A stretch of 64,000 nt of DNA, taken from positions 9,557 through 73,556 of the forward strand of contig CAUTUX010000005.1 of the NCBI GenBank assembly GCA_963542015.1. Direction: 5' to 3'. Source of the stretch: an uncultured Clostridia bacterium (GTDB lineage: Bacteria; Bacillota; Clostridia; Christensenellales; CAG-917). Positions 37,855-46,626 of the stretch are shown piece by piece. The notes below the pieces were generated by a model. That model searched no databases. It had not been told where the DNA came from and saw only the letters and a program-made list of their open reading frames with translations. Each line of letters starts with the position of its first letter. The stretch's first letter is position 1. The position numbers and the translations under genes are program-made.

Positions 37855-39573
37855 ATGCAGAAACAAAAGAGAAGAAATGGATTTACAATAATGGCAAAAC
37901 TTATCGTTTTGGTCGGAAGCCTTGCATATATAATGTTGCTTGCTGTTGTTAATGGTTTGTTGGGATATCTTGCAGCATTGGGCACAACATTATTTGGAGC
38001 AATGGGTGTAGCACAGATAATAGATAGCTCAACATTTGGTTCACAAGTAAGTGTGTGGTTATTTGTTGGTCTCGCAGTGGGGTCTGGAGTACTGAGAGGA
38101 GTATTGAGATATTTTGAGCAGTACAGTAATCATAATATTGCTTTTAAACTTCTAGCACTTCTTAGAGATAAGATTTTTAACAAGTTAAGGAAGTTGGCAC
38201 CAGCAAAAATAGATAATAAGAATAAAGGGAATCTGGTTGCTATGATTACATCAGATGTTGAGATACTTGAAGTTTTTTATGCACATACGGTATCGCCAGT
38301 ATTTATTGCGATAACAGTTTCATTAACAATATTCCTTTTTGTTGGACTATTCATCAATTGGTATTTGGCAGCAGTGGCGATATGTGCTTATGTGGTAATA
38401 GGAATTGTTTTCCCACCTATTGCATCTAAAGCAATGGCATCGTCAGGAGTTAACTATAAAAAGAAGTTTGCTTCATTCTCATCATACTTCCTAGACAGCA
38501 TAAGAGGAGCAAAAGAGATAGTTGTTCATAATGCCGTGGAAGATAGAAAAAAGAATGTAGATGAACAGTCAGAAGGGCTGTTGTCCAGTTTAAAAATAAT
38601 GAAGAGGGCAACGGCAAGAATAACAGGTTCAACCGAGTTGCTGGTAACTATATTTTTAATTATAACGACAATTGTGGGTATAGTGCTTGCAAAAAATGGG
38701 ACAATAACCGCAGGTAAAATGATAATAGGTATAGTTGCAATATTTGGATCTTTTGGACCAGTAATTGCGATTGCTGCTTTGCCATCAAGTCTTACATTGA
38801 CATTTGCAGCTGGTGATAGATTGTTAAACCTTTTGGCAGAAAAACCGATAGTAGAAGATGTTACAAACAAACAAAACATCGAATATAAAGATGTCAAAGT
38901 TGAAAACGTAACATTTGGTTATGAAGAAAATGTTGAAGTGTTGAAGGATATTTCTATGCATGCAGGGAAAGGTGAGATAGTTGGGATAGTTGGAGCATCA
39001 GGATGCGGTAAATCGACTTTACTTAAATTATTGTTGAGATTTTATCCATTCAACAAAGGAGACATTTCATACAACGATATTTCAATAAATGATATAAATA
39101 CGCAGTCACTTTTGAGCAATGTTACAATGATAAGTCAGACTACATATCTTTTCGATGAATCAATAAAGGAAAATTTGAGAATTGCAAAAGCAGATGCAAC
39201 AGAAGAAGAAATGAAAGAAGCTTGCAAAGTAGCGTCAATAGATGACTTTATTTCAGATTTGCCACAAGGATATGACACACAAGTGGCATCGGCGGGCAAT
39301 AATCTTTCAGCTGGAGAAAAGCAGAGAGTTGGTTTGGCAAGAGCATTTTTAAGAGGAAGTGAACTTATTTTGCTTGATGAACCAACAAGCAACCTAGATA
39401 GCATTAATGAAGGAATCATATTGAAATCGTTACTTTCAATGAAAGGCAAGAGAAGTATAATTTTAGTTTCACACAGAAAGTCGACAATGGCGATAGCAGA
39501 TAGAATATATAAGATAGAGAATGGGAATATATCTGAAGTTAAAGATCGAAAGGAGATATTAAATGAAGGATAG
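37855..39573 (+). CDS. ABC exporter, fused permease/ATPase (CydC-like partner)
   Basis: 6-TM domain plus NBD (GASGCGKST, LSAGEKQRVGLA, LILLDEPTSNLD). ATG 37855 follows SD GTGAGG; an alternative GTG lies at 37843. Confidence 0.8.
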   Translation: MQKQKRRNGFTIMAKLIVLVGSLAYIMLLAVVNGLLGYLAALGTTLFGAMGVAQIIDSSTFGSQVSVWLFVGLAVGSGVLRGVLRYFEQYSNHNIAFKLLALLRDKIFNKLRKLAPAKIDNKNKGNLVAMITSDVEILEVFYAHTVSPVFIAITVSLTIFLFVGLFINWYLAAVAICAYVVIGIVFPPIASKAMASSGVNYKKKFASFSSYFLDSIRGAKEIVVHNAVEDRKKNVDEQSEGLLSSLKIMKRATARITGSTELLVTIFLIITTIVGIVLAKNGTITAGKMIIGIVAIFGSFGPVIAIAALPSSLTLTFAAGDRLLNLLAEKPIVEDVTNKQNIEYKDVKVENVTFGYEENVEVLKDISMHAGKGEIVGIVGASGCGKSTLLKLLLRFYPFNKGDISYNDISINDINTQSLLSNVTMISQTTYLFDESIKENLRIAKADATEEEMKEACKVASIDDFISDLPQGYDTQVASAGNNLSAGEKQRVGLARAFLRGSELILLDEPTSNLDSINEGIILKSLLSMKGKRSIILVSHRKSTMAIADRIYKIENGNISEVKDRKEILNEG

Positions 39574-40294
39574 TAAGATTGCAGACAATAATATTGCAGA
39601 AGAAGTAGTTAAGACAGATGTGGAGTCAGGTCTGGCAGATAAGCTGATTAAAAACAGTGAGGAGTTGCAAGACAATAATACAGACAATATACAAGAAAAA
39701 AAGAAGAAGCGTGGCAATTTGATGGAGATAAGAGACATCATATTCTTATCAGTATTATCGGCAGCAATATTCATATCTGGTATACCTATGATGTTTGTTA
39801 AAAATGTTCCAGTTTTTGGAGTAATCCAAATGACACTTGCCGTTCAATTTGCATTACTACTAACAGTTGGTCTGCTAAAGGTTAGAAAACCAGGTGCGGT
39901 AATGTTTGTGTCTGTGATAGTAGGATTGTTGCATGTGCCGATGTTTCCACCTATGGGTGTTGTCATGATTATATGTGGTGGAATAACAGAAGGATTAACG
40001 ATGGCAATTTTTAGAGGGTATAAAAAAGACATTGCAAGTATATTTGCAGGAAGTTTGTGGCTACCACTCTCATTACCACAACTGTTTATATTCTATACAT
40101 ATATGTATGGGGGAAGTCTTTTGGCAAAAAGGGGCAAAGGTATGTCTGGAATAGAAGTTAATAGATTTGCGATTGAAAATCCAGCTGTTGCTGTCGCTCT
40201 TACAGTAGCTGTTATACTGTTGTCAATTTTAGGAGCAGTGTACGGATGGATAATTTCTAGAGAACTTAGAAAAGCGGGAGTTTTTAAGAAGTGA
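39563..40294 (+). CDS. Putative ECF-transporter S component (Trep_Strep/TIGR02185-like) with a 53-aa hydrophilic N-terminal extension
   Basis: Roughly 190-aa strongly hydrophobic core ending in the basic motif SRELRKAGVFKK, immediately upstream of EcfT and EcfA-A' genes. Strong SD AAGGAG 7 nt before ATG 39563. Confidence 0.55.
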   Translation: MKDSKIADNNIAEEVVKTDVESGLADKLIKNSEELQDNNTDNIQEKKKKRGNLMEIRDIIFLSVLSAAIFISGIPMMFVKNVPVFGVIQMTLAVQFALLLTVGLLKVRKPGAVMFVSVIVGLLHVPMFPPMGVVMIICGGITEGLTMAIFRGYKKDIASIFAGSLWLPLSLPQLFIFYTYMYGGSLLAKRGKGMSGIEVNRFAIENPAVAVALTVAVILLSILGAVYGWIISRELRKAGVFKK

Positions 40295-40992
40295 ATTTTT
40301 TTAGACCTAAAATTAAGGCATATCCTGCTATAGCATGGCTGGCTGGACTGTTTGTAATGGTTCTTGGGTTGGCAGCAGCGGATGTTCCGAACATCCCTTA
40401 CCTTATATTGATATTTTATGTATGGATGTTTTTATTTGGGTACTATAAAGAATGTCTTTATCTGTTGCCGAGCTTTATTGTAATAGGTGGCATATTTGCT
40501 GGGATTGCATATGGTGTGAATGTTAACAAACCAGATGAGGAACAGATTAGGTCTGTAATATCAGTAATAACAAGATTAGGGGCAGTATATGTTGGGATTA
40601 TCCCAGGGCTGGGGACTAAGCCGATACGGATGTCTAGGTGCCTTTCTCAAATGAAAATGCCTAGATCCATAACATTGGGAATGATGATAGCAATGTCATT
40701 TGCCCCCAAGCTTATGGTCGAGGTTAGAAGAATAAGAGAAGCAATGAGGACAAGAGGAGCTGGAAGTATTTTAAATCCCAAGGTATTTTATAGAGCATTA
40801 ATTATTCCGTTCATTATAAGGTTAGTAAACATTTCTGATATTCTGGCATTGTCTGTTGAGACTCGTGGGTTTAGTACAGGTAAAAGTAAATATACAATAT
40901 ATAAAAAAGAGCATATAAGTTTTACAGATTTAATATTCCTATTTGGAATGGTAGCAGGGACTGTATTGGTATTGTTGTTATGGAAGCATTAA
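40291..40992 (+). CDS. ECF transporter transmembrane (T) component, CbiQ/EcfT family
   Basis: Conserved EcfT arginine motifs IREAMRTRGAG and LSVETRGFS. GTGA overlap with the upstream gene. Confidence 0.75.
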   Translation: MNFFRPKIKAYPAIAWLAGLFVMVLGLAAADVPNIPYLILIFYVWMFLFGYYKECLYLLPSFIVIGGIFAGIAYGVNVNKPDEEQIRSVISVITRLGAVYVGIIPGLGTKPIRMSRCLSQMKMPRSITLGMMIAMSFAPKLMVEVRRIREAMRTRGAGSILNPKVFYRALIIPFIIRLVNISDILALSVETRGFSTGKSKYTIYKKEHISFTDLIFLFGMVAGTVLVLLLWKH

Positions 40993-42395
40993 GATTAGAA
41001 AATATTTCATTCTCATATGATGGGAAAAACAAAATATTGGAAGATGTAAATTTCTCATGCAACTACGGAGAAATGGTTTTGCTGTCTGGAAAATCAGGAG
41101 AAGGCAAAAGTACAATAATGTCAATTATTAGTGGGATAATCCCACACTTATATAAAGGTGATTTGTCTGGTAAGGCGTTTGTAGATGGAGAAGATATTCA
41201 TAAAAAAACAATAGGACAAATATGTAGAAAATTGGGGATTGTTCTTCAAAATGCTGACGAACAAATAATACAAACATATGCAGAAGACGAGATAGCATTT
41301 GGCTGTGAAAACTTAGCATTTCCAGTGCAGAAGATAAGTGAGCAAATTGATATAGTCACAGAATTGTTCGGTATTGATAAGAATAGTAGAACAAAAATTT
41401 TGTCTGGTGGACAAAAACAAACATTAATGACGGCAGCTACAATAGCAATGGGACAAAAGATAGTAATCTTGGATGAACCATTAGCAAATCTTGATAAAGT
41501 ATCTTCCGAAAAACTAATGAAGACATTGAGAACACTAGCTGATTCGGGATTCTGCGTTGTCATCATAGAACACCGTATAGATGTAATACTCAATTATGTT
41601 GATAGAGTTTTTCATGTTGGAAATAAAAAAATAACTGAACAGAAGGATTTTGATGAATATCTAAAAAGCCAGGCATGCATGATACTTAACGATCAAAAAA
41701 GCATTGCAACAAATAAGAATCTTATAGAGATTTGCAATGTGTCATATGTTAAAAAGAAAAAGATTATATTGGATGAAATTAATTTAAACATATTTGATAA
41801 AGAAAGACTTGTAATGTTGGGAGACAATGGAGCTGGCAAATCCACATTATTGAGAGTAATTGCGAGAATTGCAAAAACAAGTAGAGGTAAAATAATTCAA
41901 AGAATTAATCCCAAACTTGGGCAGAAGAGAGGTTCAAAAAAATGGTTTAAAGAAGTCGGAGTCGTATATCAAAATCCAGACTATCAATTATTCATGGATA
42001 CAGTGCGTAGAGAAATTGAATTTTCTGGTAAAGATAAGGCTTGGAACGATTACATAATAGAAGCCTTTAAATTAAAGAAAATATTGAAAAGGCATCCAGT
42101 ATCGTTATCACAAGGACAGAAAAGAAGATTGACAATAGCAGCGACATTGGCAGGGAAACCACGGCTGTTACTTCTTGATGAACCAACAGTAGGACAGGAT
42201 TATCAGACTCTTATGGAGATTGTTGAAATTTTAAATAAAGTACATGTTGAGACTGGAAATACGATGATAACAGTCACACACGATGTAAGGTGTGCTGAAG
42301 CATTAGCAGATAGATATATAGAAATGGAAAAAGGAAAAATTGTCCGAGAAGGTAGTTCGGACGGAATCGAAAAATATTTTTCAAGAATTAAATAG
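40980..42395 (+). CDS. ECF transporter duplicated ATPase (EcfA-EcfA' fusion)
   Basis: Two NBDs: [26 protein letters not shown] and GDNGAGKST/LSQGQKRR/LLLDEPTVGQD. Confidence 0.85.
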   Translation: MEALRLENISFSYDGKNKILEDVNFSCNYGEMVLLSGKSGEGKSTIMSIISGIIPHLYKGDLSGKAFVDGEDIHKKTIGQICRKLGIVLQNADEQIIQTYAEDEIAFGCENLAFPVQKISEQIDIVTELFGIDKNSRTKILSGGQKQTLMTAATIAMGQKIVILDEPLANLDKVSSEKLMKTLRTLADSGFCVVIIEHRIDVILNYVDRVFHVGNKKITEQKDFDEYLKSQACMILNDQKSIATNKNLIEICNVSYVKKKKIILDEINLNIFDKERLVMLGDNGAGKSTLLRVIARIAKTSRGKIIQRINPKLGQKRGSKKWFKEVGVVYQNPDYQLFMDTVRREIEFSGKDKAWNDYIIEAFKLKKILKRHPVSLSQGQKRRLTIAATLAGKPRLLLLDEPTVGQDYQTLMEIVEILNKVHVETGNTMITVTHDVRCAEALADRYIEMEKGKIVREGSSDGIEKYFSRIK

Positions 42396-42399
42396 AAGT

Positions 42400-42672
42400 T
42401 TAGATTATAGGATTTGAATCCTTGTTTTCTTCTTTTTCTTTAGCTCTTCTTTCCTCAAAAGTTAAAAGATCATCTTCACGCATACAAAGAAGTAAGATTC
42501 CACCGATGCGGGTGCAGAAAAGCAATGTTAAAATTCCTATAGTAACAAGATCTGAACTTTTCTTTGCAGACTCAAGACGCTTAAGTGCAATGATTCCTAC
42601 CACTAGGGGAACAATAGACCAGAACCCAACACATATACCAATGATGATAAAAATTTTTGCAGCGGACTTCAT
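42400..42672 (-). CDS. Small 2-TM membrane protein, unknown function
   Basis: SD GAGGTG before the ATG. Two hydrophobic helices and a K/E-rich tail. Confidence 0.6.
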   Translation of the reverse strand: MKSAAKIFIIIGICVGFWSIVPLVVGIIALKRLESAKKSSDLVTIGILTLLFCTRIGGILLLCMREDDLLTFEERRAKEKEENKDSNPII

Positions 42673-42819
42673 AAAAACACCTCAAATATACAAATAGTGT
42701 AGCATGTTGCAATGCGAAATTTCAAAAAGACTGGGCTTGAAAAAACCGTGTTTTTTATGGTAAAGTTAATTGATAAACATTCAGGGGGACGAAGCATAGT
42801 TTTTCTATGTAAAAAGTAA

Positions 42820-44385
42820 ATGGAAACAAAAATTGAACAGTTAGCAGTTGACAAAAAATTGTTGGCAAAGAGAAGAGGAATCAAAGCAGGTATCATTATT
42901 ACTTGCATAGTCATGACAGTATTATTGCTTGTAGCTTTATTTGCTGTAATAAACGCAGTTGGGTCAAAAGCGTTACTAAAACTAGCAAAATCATATAGCC
43001 AATATTCAATAACTCCAGATACAGATCATATACCTCAGAAAGATGCTTCTGGAGAATGGAGATTTAATACAAACAAGGATAAGCCGTTTAAAATTATGCA
43101 GTTAACGGATGTCCATATTGGAGCTGGATTCGCATCATTCCAAAAAGACAAATGGGCAATGAATGCTGTAGCTACTATGATAAGACAAGAAAAGCCAGAT
43201 TTAGTAATGGTAACTGGAGATATAGCGTATCCAGTACCAATTCAAGCAGGTACAGCAAACAACCTAAAGGCAGCAGAAATCTTTGCAAACTTAATGGAAA
43301 GTATGGGAGCATATTGGACATTTTGTTATGGTAATCATGATACAGAAGCATATAGCAAATATACAAGAAAAGACATTTCAGAATGGTATCGTAAGCAGAT
43401 TGAGAAAGGTGAGTTTAAAAGATGCTTATTTACTACAAATCCATCTAATTGGAGTAAATATACAAAAGATCAGAATAGATTTGGATATGGGAATCAGATT
43501 ATTAAATTGTATAGAGATGGGAAACTTAAGAAAGTTTTAACAGTATTAGATTCACACGCATACCTTGATTCCGATAAGTTTGGTATGTTGTGGCATTACG
43601 ACAATATCCACCAAGAACAAATTAATTGGTATAAAGATAGAATGACTGAACTTAAAGAAGAAACAGCAGATAACAAGTATCCTGAAAATATGGCATTTTT
43701 CCACATTGCAATTCCTGAGTACAAGGAAGCATATGATTTACAGATGAGTGAAGCTGGAACAGTGGAATATGATAAGAAAGGATACAAACATTATTCATTG
43801 CAAAACAAATATATTAAGAATAATTCATATTACGAGGATGGGCATAGAATAGTTTTAGGCATTGCAAAAGGTGAAGTTACAGTAGAGCAACCTGGGCTGA
43901 ATGATAAAAACCCAGACTTATCAAAATTGAAAAAAGTAAAGGCATCGGCTCGTATGGAAGAAGGAATTATTGGAGAACACAAAAAACTTATTTACAGTGG
44001 TGTTGGAAATGATAATTTCTTTGAAACGGGAGCAATGTGTAACTTAACGGCTACATTCTGCGGACATGACCATTACAACAATATGTCGATAGCATATAAG
44101 AAAGAAGTATTTGATGAAAATGGCAAAGAGGTTAAATACAAAGGAATCTTATTAAATTATGGTATGAGTATAGACTATTTGGCATATATAGGTATTTATA
44201 AAAAAGGTGCTCAGAGAGGATGTAGGATGATAGAGATGTTTAAAGATAAAAATGGTGAAGACATATCTTACCATTACGGTGCCAGAGACTTTATTACATA
44301 TAACAGCAACTACTATAATTATCAGCCAATAAATAGAAATAGAGAAAAAACACCATCAAAGAGTTATGATGCAAAAGTTTGGTAA
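42820..44385 (+). CDS. Membrane-anchored calcineurin-like metallophosphoesterase
   Basis: N-terminal TM. Motifs TDVHIG, TGDIAYP, GNHD, CGHDH. No SD is visible before the ATG. Confidence 0.8.
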   Translation: METKIEQLAVDKKLLAKRRGIKAGIIITCIVMTVLLLVALFAVINAVGSKALLKLAKSYSQYSITPDTDHIPQKDASGEWRFNTNKDKPFKIMQLTDVHIGAGFASFQKDKWAMNAVATMIRQEKPDLVMVTGDIAYPVPIQAGTANNLKAAEIFANLMESMGAYWTFCYGNHDTEAYSKYTRKDISEWYRKQIEKGEFKRCLFTTNPSNWSKYTKDQNRFGYGNQIIKLYRDGKLKKVLTVLDSHAYLDSDKFGMLWHYDNIHQEQINWYKDRMTELKEETADNKYPENMAFFHIAIPEYKEAYDLQMSEAGTVEYDKKGYKHYSLQNKYIKNNSYYEDGHRIVLGIAKGEVTVEQPGLNDKNPDLSKLKKVKASARMEEGIIGEHKKLIYSGVGNDNFFETGAMCNLTATFCGHDHYNNMSIAYKKEVFDENGKEVKYKGILLNYGMSIDYLAYIGIYKKGAQRGCRMIEMFKDKNGEDISYHYGARDFITYNSNYYNYQPINRNREKTPSKSYDAKVW

Positions 44386-44413
44386 TGTATAATATTAAGA
44401 ATAGGAGAAAGTA

Positions 44414-44953
44414 ATGGCAACATCAAAAACAAAGAGAGATTTTGACAAAATTGACTACCCTTTATTTATAGGTGGTTTAATGGCAATTTTCGTTGCAATC
44501 GCAGCGGGATTAAAAGCAGGTGGAATAGACATTGTTAAGTGGGCATTTGCAGTACCTGGCATGATTTTAATAGCAATGGGAGCCTCGGGTATAACCAGAG
44601 GGAAATATGTTGAAGGCGTATTAGAACTGGCGGCTGGTGTAACGATGGTTGTATGTGCTCTGATTAATCCTCAGCTATTTTGGGTAGTAACGGGCGTAGT
44701 TGTTTTATTGTTCTGCATTGTACTCTTATTCTTCACAATTAGTGCAAAACAAAACAATACAAAATCTGTTATGAAATATATGGCAGTAATTTTTGGCACA
44801 GCAGCAGGGATTATGTTAGTGCTTACATATGTACATGTAACAAGAAAAATAAGCATTCCTAACGCTATGATTTGGTTTATCTTTGTTGGTATCATTACAG
44901 GAATATTTGGAATATTCCTTACAGCTTCATCATTGTTGATACACGAAAAATAA
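44414..44953 (+). CDS. Multi-pass membrane protein, unknown function
   Basis: 179 aa, about 5-6 hydrophobic helices. SD AGGAGAAAG upstream. Confidence 0.65.
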   Translation: MATSKTKRDFDKIDYPLFIGGLMAIFVAIAAGLKAGGIDIVKWAFAVPGMILIAMGASGITRGKYVEGVLELAAGVTMVVCALINPQLFWVVTGVVVLLFCIVLLFFTISAKQNNTKSVMKYMAVIFGTAAGIMLVLTYVHVTRKISIPNAMIWFIFVGIITGIFGIFLTASSLLIHEK

Positions 44954-44983
44954 TCTACACATAAAAATTAATGACAGTTAATG

Positions 44984-45012
44984 CAGGACTCAAAAATTAG
45001 AGTCCTGTTTTT
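44984..45012. terminator. Bidirectional intrinsic terminator between convergent genes
   Basis: CAGGACTC-aaaaatta-GAGTCCTG followed by T5. Confidence 0.85.
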
Positions 45013-45027
45013 GCGTTAAAGCGGATT

Positions 45028-45720
45028 TTAATATCCACGCATAATTACTTGCTTAACTGTTTTCTCGGCAAGTTGTTTGTATAGTAAGGCAATTTCTTTG
45101 GGGATTGGATGAAATCCATGTTGAATGCAACCAGGGCTATCTTTATATTTCTGTAAAGCATATTTTTCAGAGCCCTTAATCATGGAAAGTAAATTTTTCA
45201 TTACTTCAGGAGTATGAAACTCTTCTATTAAAGTTGTACGGAATTCATAATTGATTTTGGATTCCATTATAATGGAAATAGACTCCTTTATTTTAATCAT
45301 GTTTATTTGCTTTAACCCACATATGTCCGCATAAATCTCGGCACTTCCTTTAACATCCATTGCGATGTAGTCGACCAGTTTATGTTCGATTAAATATTTC
45401 AACATGGGAGGATTGTATCCATTGCTATCTATCTTTACCAAAAAACCAAGCGATCTTATTTTTTTAATAAAGGGAACTAGATCTTGTTGCAAGGTGGCTT
45501 CACCACCAGAAATGCATACGGCATCTAATAGCCCTTTTCGTTTTTCCAGTTGTTCTAATATTTTATTTGCATCAAGTAGTGGAATTGAATCTGATAGAAC
45601 AAGAGCACTGTTTTGACAGAAAGGACAACGAAAGTTGCATCCATGTGTAAAGATGGTGCAAGCAATTTTGTCATCGTAGTCAACCATCGACATATTCTCG
45701 ATGCCAGCAATTTGAATCAT
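45028..45720 (-). CDS. nrdG: Anaerobic ribonucleoside-triphosphate reductase activating protein (radical SAM)
   Basis: CNFRCPFCQN cluster motif, ISGGEATLQ. ATGA overlap with the upstream gene. Confidence 0.9.
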   Translation of the reverse strand: MIQIAGIENMSMVDYDDKIACTIFTHGCNFRCPFCQNSALVLSDSIPLLDANKILEQLEKRKGLLDAVCISGGEATLQQDLVPFIKKIRSLGFLVKIDSNGYNPPMLKYLIEHKLVDYIAMDVKGSAEIYADICGLKQINMIKIKESISIIMESKINYEFRTTLIEEFHTPEVMKNLLSMIKGSEKYALQKYKDSPGCIQHGFHPIPKEIALLYKQLAEKTVKQVIMRGY

Positions 45721-46625
45721 AGAGTTTCCAGATATTTACATGCACTGAAAGATGCGTTTGCTCCATCGCTCAGAGCACCTATCATTTGTCTAAATGATTT
45801 GGTTCGACAGTCTCCAGCAGCAAAAATGCCAGAAGTAGAAGTTTCACCATTTTCGTTTGCTACGATATAGCCGTTTTCATCTAGTTTAACAAGATCTTTA
45901 AAGATATTGTTATTTGGTACTTGCCCAATGCATACAAAGACTGCAGAGACAGGAATGGTTATTTTTTTATTAGCGTTATCCACGAAATCCAAAGCTTCTA
46001 ATTCTTTTTCTCCAACCAAACCTGTGAGCTTTAAATTGTGTTTGATGACAATGTTATCTTTGCTTGCAAGCCGATCCACTAAAGTTTTATCTCCGAAGAA
46101 TTTATCAAACAGTGTGCAGATGGTTACACTCTTACAATAAGTCGCTAGTAGCATGGAATACTGTAGAGCAGTATTTCCATCTCCAATAACGGCGACATCC
46201 TTGTTTTCATAGAATTGACCATCACACAGAGCACAGTATGAAACACCGTTACCGATCAAATCTTGTTCACGAGGTATGTCTAAAGTTTTATGCTTTACCC
46301 CAGAGGCAATAATAACAGCTTTAGAAGTGTATTCATCCATATCTGTTTTGATGATGAAATCAGTATCTGTTTTTTTGATATCTATAACTTCTTCAAGAGC
46401 TACTTCAATGTTCCATTGTGAAATTTGCTCATATAGGGAGTTCATAATATCTGCACCAGGCGACGAAAAGACTGTAGGGAAATTTTCTACCTTTGGAGCA
46501 AATGAAATCTGACCGCCTATGGTTTCTTTTTCAATAACGATAACGGAGCGACCCGCACGTACTGCATTTAATGCAGCGTTCATTCCAGCGGGACCTGCTC
46601 CGATAATTACGATATCATAAGACAT
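45717..46625 (-). CDS. Thioredoxin-reductase-like flavoprotein (CxxC; lacks the NADPH HRRxxxR signature)
   Basis: GAGPAGMNAA FAD motif, redox-active CALCDG, second GxGxxA (GDGNTALQ), FAAGDC. See finding. Confidence 0.85.
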   Translation of the reverse strand: MSYDIVIIGAGPAGMNAALNAVRAGRSVIVIEKETIGGQISFAPKVENFPTVFSSPGADIMNSLYEQISQWNIEVALEEVIDIKKTDTDFIIKTDMDEYTSKAVIIASGVKHKTLDIPREQDLIGNGVSYCALCDGQFYENKDVAVIGDGNTALQYSMLLATYCKSVTICTLFDKFFGDKTLVDRLASKDNIVIKHNLKLTGLVGEKELEALDFVDNANKKITIPVSAVFVCIGQVPNNNIFKDLVKLDENGYIVANENGETSTSGIFAAGDCRTKSFRQMIGALSDGANASFSACKYLETL

Positions 46626-46626
46626 A

